A DNA stretch of 64,000 bases from Dehalococcoidia bacterium (GTDB taxonomy: Bacteria; Chloroflexota; Dehalococcoidia; SM23-28-2; RBG-16-64-32), in assembly GCA_963665775.2 (NCBI GenBank), contig CAXXTF010000002.1, positions 512,001 to 576,000 of the forward strand, in the 5' to 3' direction. Position numbers and translations under genes: made by a program. The notes below the pieces were generated by a model. The model was given only the letters and a program-made list of their open reading frames with translations. It was not told the DNA's origin and did not search any database. Positions within the stretch are counted from its first letter, which is position 1. Every line of letters begins with the position of its first letter. Below are positions 57,209 through 64,000 of the stretch, in pieces.

Positions 57209-58078
57209 ATGCGCCTCATCGCTCCAGCGAAGATCAACTGGACCCTGGACGTGCTGGGCCGCCGCGACGACGGCTACCACGAGGTGCGCACCGTACTGCA
57301 GACCATCGACCTCTTTGACGACGTGTGCCTCGATCCGGCAGAGACCCTCACCATCGCCGCCGGGAGCGGTTACTCGCCTTCCGAAGACGATCTGGCCCTG
57401 GCCGCCGCCCGCCTCCTGGCGGAGGTCGCGGATCGACCGCCGCGGGCCACCATAAGCATCGCGAAGCGCATCCCCGCTACCGCCGGACTGGGCGGCGGCA
57501 GCTCCAACGCCGCCGCGGTCCTGCGAGGCCTGAACCTGAAATGGGGCGTAGCCTGGGAACCGGGCCGCCTGTCCCAGGTGGCCGCTCGCCTCGGCTCCGA
57601 CGTTCCGTTCTTCCTCTACGGAGGCACCGCTCTAGCCCAGGGACGGGGTGAGCTCATTACGCCCTTGCCTGACTCTGCCACTGCCTGGCTCGTGCTTCTG
57701 GTGCCGCCCTTCAAGCCGAGCCACAAGACGAAGCGCATGTACCAGGCGCTGACCCCTACTGACTTCAGCGACGGCTCCCACACCGAGGCCCTCGTGAGCC
57801 GTCTTCGTCAGGGCGGACACATCAATGACGCCTGCCTGTACAACGTCTTCGAGCGGGCCGCCTACGAAACTTTCGCCGGGCTGACCGCCTATCGTGAAGC
57901 CCTCCTGGCTGCCGGCGCCCCTCATGTACACCTGGCCGGATCCGGCCCGGCCCTGTTCGCCCTGGCCACCGACAGGTCGGAGGCGGAAGAAATATATCGG
58001 TCTCTGCGTCCCCCCGGCGGCGAGTTCTTTCTCGCTCGAACTGTAGCCGCCCATGAGGCTCTGGCGATTGAGGACTGA
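57209..58078 (+). CDS. ispE: 4-diphosphocytidyl-2C-methyl-D-erythritol kinase
   Basis: APAKIN..L.V..RR.DGYHE, K.IP..AGLGGGSS.AA, LGSDVPFF, GSGP. Confidence 0.95.
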   Translation: MRLIAPAKINWTLDVLGRRDDGYHEVRTVLQTIDLFDDVCLDPAETLTIAAGSGYSPSEDDLALAAARLLAEVADRPPRATISIAKRIPATAGLGGGSSNAAAVLRGLNLKWGVAWEPGRLSQVAARLGSDVPFFLYGGTALAQGRGELITPLPDSATAWLVLLVPPFKPSHKTKRMYQALTPTDFSDGSHTEALVSRLRQGGHINDACLYNVFERAAYETFAGLTAYREALLAAGAPHVHLAGSGPALFALATDRSEAEEIYRSLRPPGGEFFLARTVAAHEALAIED

Positions 58079-58120
58079 ACACTGAACACTGAACTGAACA
58101 CTGAACACTGAACACTGAAC
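58074..58120. repeat. tandem heptamer array (ACTGAAC)n
   Basis: Six full units and one 5-nt unit spanning the whole gap from the ispE stop to the next ATG. Confidence 0.95.
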
Positions 58121-58121
58121 G

Positions 58122-58541
58122 ATGAAAGAGGTTTTCGCTGGCTTCGTGGTGGGCTACGCCTACTCCCTTCTGTTTTCCGCATTCGTTGCCGTGATGACCA
58201 TCAGTGCGCGCAGCCGGGTGCCGTACCTGGCCAAGGCGATCGCCCCCAACATCAGCGTTGTCATGCTGGCGGTCCCGGTCTCCATCCTGGCCTTCCTGGG
58301 ATGGACCTTGGTGGGGATGATCCTGGGTCTGCTCTATCGCGTCGCCGCCGACAACCTGGGGGGAGGAGGACTCGGTAGCCCCAACTGGCCCTTCACCCTG
58401 GCCGTGCTGCTGGCCGGCTGCGCACTCCTCATCGTCGTCCTTTACGGCTGGCGGCGTCTCCCCTGGCAGGCCTCGATCCTGACCGTCACCTTCGTCGCCC
58501 TTTTCGGTTGGGCGATGCCGTATCTGGCCAAGGCCGGCTAG
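58122..58541 (+). CDS. 4-TM hypothetical membrane protein
   Basis: Four hydrophobic segments; GGGLGSPN loop. Confidence 0.75.
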   Translation: MKEVFAGFVVGYAYSLLFSAFVAVMTISARSRVPYLAKAIAPNISVVMLAVPVSILAFLGWTLVGMILGLLYRVAADNLGGGGLGSPNWPFTLAVLLAGCALLIVVLYGWRRLPWQASILTVTFVALFGWAMPYLAKAG

Positions 58542-58618
58542 TGATCGCTTGAGCCTAGGGTAGACTAAAGGCTAAGATGGGGACACTCAATGTTAGCGGA
58601 AAGGTGGTCATCCACCAC

Positions 58619-59320
58619 ATGACCGGCACTATTGTCGATATGCATGTGCACACCGTGCGCGGCGCCGCCGACTCTTCCCTCCTCCCTGAGCAGCTCGTCG
58701 AGGAAGCCCGCCGCATCGGTCTGACCGGCGTCAACATCAGCGAGCACGACCGCGCCTGGGAGCCTCTCCAGATGGAAGAGTTCCGGAAGACAAGTGGCCT
58801 CTTCGTGAGCCAGGGCATGGAGGTCGCCACGGACATGGGCCATATTATAGTCGTCGGCTTGGACCGGTATGTGACCGGCATACGCCACGCGGAGGAGCTA
58901 CGGCGCGTGCTGGACGAAGTGGGAGGGTTCATGGCCGTGGCCCACCCCTTCCGGCACTTTTTCGACCCGGTCCACTTCCGGAGGGACGGGCGACCGCCCT
59001 TCGACATGACGCCGGAGGAGGCAGCGGAACGAATGCCCGTCTTCAAACTGGTAGACGAAATCGAGATAGCGAATGGTGGTTCCACGCAACAGGAGAACCA
59101 GTTCGCCCTGGAGGTGGCCCAGGCGCTGGGGAAGCGGGGCACCGGCGGCAGCGACTGCCATTCCACTCAGGGCATCGGCTGCTTCGTTACGGTCTTCGAG
59201 GAGGAGCTGCGCAGCCAGGAGCAGATGCTGGAGCAGCTGCAGGCCAGGCGCTTCTACGCTGCCGAGGGGCTCAACAAGGGCGCTATGAGGCCGTTCGTGG
59301 AGACCGCCGTCCCCAACTAA
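58619..59320 (+). CDS. PHP-domain metal-dependent phosphoesterase
   Basis: DMHVHT, SEHD, GMEV.T..GH, AHPFR, GGSDCH; ATG 58619 follows AAGGTGG (alternative start 58577). Confidence 0.88.
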   Translation: MTGTIVDMHVHTVRGAADSSLLPEQLVEEARRIGLTGVNISEHDRAWEPLQMEEFRKTSGLFVSQGMEVATDMGHIIVVGLDRYVTGIRHAEELRRVLDEVGGFMAVAHPFRHFFDPVHFRRDGRPPFDMTPEEAAERMPVFKLVDEIEIANGGSTQQENQFALEVAQALGKRGTGGSDCHSTQGIGCFVTVFEEELRSQEQMLEQLQARRFYAAEGLNKGAMRPFVETAVPN

Positions 59321-59421
59321 GCGAAAAGGCCGCCTCGCCTTGGGCGGGACCGCGGCCAGAATGCCACCGGGGAGATAGGCGCGGTCCGCTAACCTGCCTC
59401 GGCTGCTACAATGGCGGCGGG

Positions 59422-62211
59422 TTGGCTACTACTTACGTTGCCCTGGATCTGGAGACCACCGGCCTCGACTTTCGTACCGACGCGATCATCGAGGTGGGCG
59501 CCGTTCGCTTCGACGGCGACGGCGTCCGCCACCGCTACTCCACCCTCGTGAACCCGCGGCGGCCGCTCCCGCCCCGAATACAGGAGCTCACCGGCATCCG
59601 CGATGAGGAGTTACGGCAAGCGCCTCCCCTCGAAGCGATCACCCAGGAGCTGGAGGCGTTCCTCCATGGTGCGGTAATCGTCGGCCACAACGTCGTTGGG
59701 TTCGATGTCCGATTCCTGGACGCTGCCAGCATCCGCTACGGTGAGTCGCTTTACGACACGTTCGACTTGGCTACCCTCCTTCTGCCCGGCCTCACCCAGT
59801 ACAGTCTGGCCGCCCTGGCCGCGCACTTCCAAATCGACTTCCCCGTCCAGCACCGGGCCCTGGCCGACGCCGAGGCCACCCGCGACCTCTTCCTGGCCCT
59901 GCAAGAACAGGCTCTCCAACTGCAGCCGAACGTCCTTGGCCAGGTCGCTCAGTGGCTAACCCCTACCGCCTGGCCCTGGCGCGGATTCTTTCCGGAGGTA
60001 TGGGAGATGGCGCAGGCTTCGGCTCCGGCCGGGGGCCGTCCCTTCCGCCTGCAGCCACCGACCATCGCCGGCCCCCTGTCGCCGCGCTCGCGACCGGAGC
60101 CGGTCCCGGTGGAACAACCGCTGGCCGTCCTGGCCTCCGGCCAGCGCCAACCGGAAGCACTCCCCCAGTTCGAGGAGCGGCCCGAGCAGCAGGCGATGGT
60201 TCGGGCCGTCAACGAGGCCCTGAACGAGGGGCAGCGCCTGCTGGTTGAGGCCGGCACGGGCACCGGTAAGTCGCTCGCCTATCTGATTCCTGCCGCCTGC
60301 GAGGCCCTGACCAACGACCGACGCGTTGTGATCTCCACAGCCACCATCAACCTTCAGGACCAGTTAACCGGTAAGGACCTGCCGGCCCTGCGAGCCCTTC
60401 TGCCAGACGACTCGACCGAGCTGCGGGCCTGCCAGCTCAAGGGCCGGCGCAACTACCTCTGCCTGCGACGGTTCGCTGCCCTGCAGGCGTCACCCTCCCT
60501 AAGCGACGACGAGGCCCATATCGCCGCCCGCATCCTCATCTGGCTCACCCAGACGGAGACCGGGGACCGCGGGGAACTGCGTCTCACCCCGGCGGAGGAG
60601 ACCATCTGGCGCCGTCTCAGCGCCGAGGGAGCCGACTGCAGCGTCAACAACAGCCCCTTCATGGTCGAAGGCACCTGTTTCCTCCAGCGCGCCCGCCGCC
60701 GCGCTGAGAGCTCCCACATCGTTGTCGTTAACCACTCCCTCCTCCTCTCCGACATCGCCAGCGAGGGGCGCGTCCTCCCGCCCTACGATCACCTGGTTGT
60801 GGACGAGGCCCATCACCTGGAGGAAGAGGCCACCCGCCAGTTCGGCTTCACCTGCCGCGAGAGTGAGGTGGCGGAACTCCTCGATCGGATGGAGGGGCTG
60901 TCGCCGTCGCTTCGAGGGGCACTCGGAGGTGCTGACCCCCTCGGCCCAGCCGGCCAGATCACGGGCACGGTAGACGCCGTGCGCCGGGCCGCCCGTGGTA
61001 CTCGATCCCATCATCAGGAGCTATCGCGCCAGCTTCTCGCCTTCCTCCGCCAGCAGGCCGGCGGGGCCGCCGAGCAGGAACCGCGCCTTCTCATCACCCG
61101 TGGCATGCGCGTTCAGCCGGACTGGTCCGGCGTGGAGATGGCGTGGGAGAACCTGGGTCTGAGTCTCCGCGAGGCGCTCGGACTCCTAGATCGACTACAG
61201 GCCGCCCTCAGCGAGACAGGAGAGTCGGGGGTCGTGAACAGCGAGATGCTCCTGGCGGAGGTGGACGCTCTGAGGCAGGAAGGACAGGCCCTGGTGGACG
61301 GCCTGGCTGTCGCCCTGGAGCGGGATGACCCAGAGCGGGTCGTCTGGCTGGAGCGAGAGCGGGGGGACGGCAGCCTGGTCGTCGCCTGGGCCCCGCTGCA
61401 CGTCGACGAGACGTTGCGCACCCGGCTGTATGACGACCGGAGCAGCGTCATCCTCACAGGGGCGACGCTCACCAGCCAAGGCAGCTTCGACTACCTGCGT
61501 GAGCGCTTGGGCCTGGAGGATGCACAGACGCTTGCCATGGACTCCCCCTTCGACTTCCAGGGGGCCGCTCTGGTTCTTGTGCCCCACGACATGCCAGAGC
61601 CCAGCCAGTCCGATTACCTGGACGCCCTTGGCCGCGCCATCGTCGACCTGGCGCGCGCCTCGGCCGGGCGGGCCCTGGTTCTGTTCACCTCCCACGCCAC
61701 CCTGCGAGCCTCGCACGCCTTTATCCGCGAACCGCTCCAACGGGAGGGAATCGCGGTCATGGGACAGGGGATCGATGGCTCTCCTCGCTACCTGGTTCGC
61801 TACCTTCAGTCCAACCCCCGCAGCGTGATCCTCGGTACGGCCAGCTTCTGGGAGGGGATCGATGTCGTCGGCGAGGCCCTCTCCCTGCTGATCATCGCCC
61901 GCCTGCCCTTCACCGTGCCCACGGAGCCCGTCTTCGCCGCCCGCTCTGCCCTCTACGACGAGCCGTTCACGCAATACGCCGTGCCCCAGGCTACCCTCCG
62001 CTTCCGGCAGGGGTTCGGCCGCCTCATCCGCAGCAAGACCGATCGTGGCGTCCTCGTCGTCCTGGACCGTCGCATCGTCAGCAAGCGCTACGGCTCGGCC
62101 TTCCTCGACTCGCTGCCCGGCTGCTCCAAGCGCGAGGTGATGCTCCGGGAGATGCCCGCCCTCGTCCAGCAGTGGCTAGGACCAGGAGAACACACCCGCG
62201 AGGTGGAGTAA
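59422..62211 (+). CDS. dinG: DnaQ-exonuclease / DinG helicase fusion
   Basis: DLETTG...HRAL.D exonuclease; EAGTGTGKS, DEAH, FWEGIDV, QGFGRLIR. Confidence 0.92.
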   Translation: MATTYVALDLETTGLDFRTDAIIEVGAVRFDGDGVRHRYSTLVNPRRPLPPRIQELTGIRDEELRQAPPLEAITQELEAFLHGAVIVGHNVVGFDVRFLDAASIRYGESLYDTFDLATLLLPGLTQYSLAALAAHFQIDFPVQHRALADAEATRDLFLALQEQALQLQPNVLGQVAQWLTPTAWPWRGFFPEVWEMAQASAPAGGRPFRLQPPTIAGPLSPRSRPEPVPVEQPLAVLASGQRQPEALPQFEERPEQQAMVRAVNEALNEGQRLLVEAGTGTGKSLAYLIPAACEALTNDRRVVISTATINLQDQLTGKDLPALRALLPDDSTELRACQLKGRRNYLCLRRFAALQASPSLSDDEAHIAARILIWLTQTETGDRGELRLTPAEETIWRRLSAEGADCSVNNSPFMVEGTCFLQRARRRAESSHIVVVNHSLLLSDIASEGRVLPPYDHLVVDEAHHLEEEATRQFGFTCRESEVAELLDRMEGLSPSLRGALGGADPLGPAGQITGTVDAVRRAARGTRSHHQELSRQLLAFLRQQAGGAAEQEPRLLITRGMRVQPDWSGVEMAWENLGLSLREALGLLDRLQAALSETGESGVVNSEMLLAEVDALRQEGQALVDGLAVALERDDPERVVWLERERGDGSLVVAWAPLHVDETLRTRLYDDRSSVILTGATLTSQGSFDYLRERLGLEDAQTLAMDSPFDFQGAALVLVPHDMPEPSQSDYLDALGRAIVDLARASAGRALVLFTSHATLRASHAFIREPLQREGIAVMGQGIDGSPRYLVRYLQSNPRSVILGTASFWEGIDVVGEALSLLIIARLPFTVPTEPVFAARSALYDEPFTQYAVPQATLRFRQGFGRLIRSKTDRGVLVVLDRRIVSKRYGSAFLDSLPGCSKREVMLREMPALVQQWLGPGEHTREVE

Positions 62212-62269
62212 CAGGCCTCATGGTAATATATCGAGCGGCCCTCACAGTAGGATCGAGGAGGTAGCCCAG

Positions 62270-62833
62270 GTGGAAAATGTGATCTCACGGGAGAGACTCC
62301 CCCTGCCCGCGCTACTACTGGCGGCGGCGTCCCTGGCGTTCATCGCACTAGCCGTCGCCTGTGACGGGGACGACTCTTCCCCGGCCACACCCACGGCTAC
62401 CGGTCAACCAACCGACTCGCCGACGCCCACAGCGGCTCCCACTACGCCGGTTACCACCCCCAGCCCCAGTCCCACTTCTCCCACCCCGACCGCCTCGCCC
62501 ACACCGGTCCCCTTCGACGGGACCCGAGACCCGGTGGAGACGCAGGGCACTGCACCGGCCGCCCTACTGATCAGCGTCCGGACGGGGCTGCATCCGACGT
62601 TCGACAGGATCGTATTCGAGTTCCAGGATAATGTGCCGGGCTACCGCATCGAGTACGTGGAGCCGCCCATCCTCCAGGATGGCTCCGGCCTGCCGGCCCT
62701 GGTGGAGGCGGAGCAGACCGGTGACTTCGAGGCCCATCTCACCTGGGTCCTGGGCTTGACTGAGCAGACGGAATTCCGGGTCCGCAAACTCACTGACCCC
62801 TTTCGCGTGGCCATCGACGTGAAACACCCTTAG
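62270..62833 (+). CDS. lipoprotein with Pro/Thr linker and AMIN-like domain
   Basis: Lipobox LAVAC; VR.G.H..FDRIVFEF, GDFEA..TW.LG, L..P.RV.IDV. Confidence 0.75.
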   Translation: MENVISRERLPLPALLLAAASLAFIALAVACDGDDSSPATPTATGQPTDSPTPTAAPTTPVTTPSPSPTSPTPTASPTPVPFDGTRDPVETQGTAPAALLISVRTGLHPTFDRIVFEFQDNVPGYRIEYVEPPILQDGSGLPALVEAEQTGDFEAHLTWVLGLTEQTEFRVRKLTDPFRVAIDVKHP

Positions 62834-62866
62834 CCCGGCGCTTTTGCGCTGGAAGGAGTCGGAAAC

Positions 62867-64000
62867 ATGCGGGATATCTACCCGTATCTTGATGAGCACT
62901 TGAACGAGTCCATCGCCGAGCTGACGGAGCTGTGTAAGCTCCCCAGCGTCAGCGCCCAGGGCTCGGCGATGGAGGAGACGGCGGAGCATGTCGCCGGCCT
63001 CCTCCGGCACCTCGGCTTCGAGGTGCGTATCCTGCCCAAGCATGTCCTGAGCGGAGCCGAAGGGCCAGCCGGTGGTCAGCCCGTCGTGTACGCTCAGCTC
63101 GGTGGCGTCTCCGCCAAGACGCTCCTCTTCTACAATCACTACGACGTGCAGCCGGCGGAGCCTCTGGAGCTCTGGGCGTCTCCCCCTTTCCAGCCCACCC
63201 TGCGCGATGGGAAGCTGTACGGTCGTGGCGTCTGCGACAATAAGGGCAACATCATCTCCCGCCTGGCTGCCGTCCGGGCCTGGCAGGAGGTCCGGGGCGA
63301 GCTGCCGTGTACCGTGAAGTTCTGCATCGAGGGCGACGAGGAGATCGGCAGCCCCCACATGGAGGAGTTCGTGGCGGAGCACCGGGAGCTCCTCTCAGCG
63401 GATGCCTGCCTGTGGGAGGGTGACGGCGTCACCTGGGAGGGCGCGCCACAGATCCTGCTGGGGGTAAAGGGGCTCCTTTACGTGGAGCTGGAATCCAATA
63501 CGATCAACCGAGATGCCCACTCCTCCTACGGCACCATCCTTCCCAACGCCGCCTGGCGGTTGGCTTGGGCCCTGGCCACGATCAAGGGTCCGGACGAGCG
63601 GGTACGAATAGAGGGTTTCTACGACGCCGTTCGCGCTCCCACGAGCGAGGAGCGGGCCGCCGTGGAGGCGATGCCATCCGAAGAGGAGGAGACCCTCGGG
63701 TCGTACGGCATCGAGGAAGCGCTCACCGGCGCCCGTGGTCTCGACTACCGGCTGCGCCACCTGTTCGAGCCGACAGCCACCGTCGACGGCCTCTCCTCGG
63801 GCTACGAGGGCGAGGGGCCCAAGACCGTTCTCCCGGCCCGAGCGCTGGCCAAGATGGACTTTCGCCTGGTGCCCGAGCAGGACCCCCACGACATCATGCA
63901 GAAGCTACGCCGTCACCTGGAGCAGCATGGGCTCGCCGACGTGCAGGTGCGCCTGCTCAGCGCCGAGCGGCCGGCCCGCACGCCGGTAACCCACCCCTTC
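62867..64000 (+). CDS. M20/M25/M40 family metallopeptidase (runs off the window end)
   Basis: SD AAGGAG; PSVSA, LFYNHYDVQP, YGRGVCDNKG, EGDEEIGS; absent from the ORF track because it has no stop in the window. Confidence 0.92.
   Translation, partial: MRDIYPYLDEHLNESIAELTELCKLPSVSAQGSAMEETAEHVAGLLRHLGFEVRILPKHVLSGAEGPAGGQPVVYAQLGGVSAKTLLFYNHYDVQPAEPLELWASPPFQPTLRDGKLYGRGVCDNKGNIISRLAAVRAWQEVRGELPCTVKFCIEGDEEIGSPHMEEFVAEHRELLSADACLWEGDGVTWEGAPQILLGVKGLLYVELESNTINRDAHSSYGTILPNAAWRLAWALATIKGPDERVRIEGFYDAVRAPTSEERAAVEAMPSEEEETLGSYGIEEALTGARGLDYRLRHLFEPTATVDGLSSGYEGEGPKTVLPARALAKMDFRLVPEQDPHDIMQKLRRHLEQHGLADVQVRLLSAERPARTPVTHPF
63043..63064 (+). repeat. short repeat element inside the M20 CDS
   Basis: TGTCCTGAGCGGAGCCGAAGGG, read in frame as VLSGAEG. 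Confidence 0.65.

Noticed and set aside
58074-58120. CRISPR array
   Set aside because: Pure 7-nt tandem repeat with no spacers and no cas genes

Overview
High-GC bacterial chromosome segment, most likely Chloroflexota (Dehalococcoidia-like). This is inferred from gene content and protein style, not from a marker search. It is mostly core and metabolic genes: purB/purC, dut, an AhbAB + radical SAM heme cluster, a ModE-controlled tungstate-type ABC transporter with two TupA paralogs, a CoxMSL/xanthine-dehydrogenase-family Mo-hydroxylase + MocA, a sufCBD-Rieske-sufSU operon, IscS/IscU, isolated complex-I-like subunits (NuoB; NuoI + a non-catalytic NuoG/FdhA-like protein) interrupted by sodX/sodN (nickel SOD), tRNA-Lys/tRNA-Leu, oppDF, an intact IS1380-family element (19-bp IRs, 5-bp TSD), lepA, galU, a large Alu-type SRP RNA, 3D/G5-rsmA-ispE and a DnaQ-DinG fusion. 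The most unusual signals are: (1) a ~22-26 nt repeat family (CTGAGC..CGAAG) that nests inside itself in intergenic DNA and also sits in frame inside three unrelated protein genes; (2) a probable UGA-readthrough (selenocysteine) C-terminus on a redoxin; (3) an unannotated, promoter-driven structured RNA with a 6C-like scaffold but no C-rich loops; (4) a relic of a third tupA; and (5) an (ACTGAAC)n array filling an intergenic gap. No CRISPR array, prophage or rRNA was seen.
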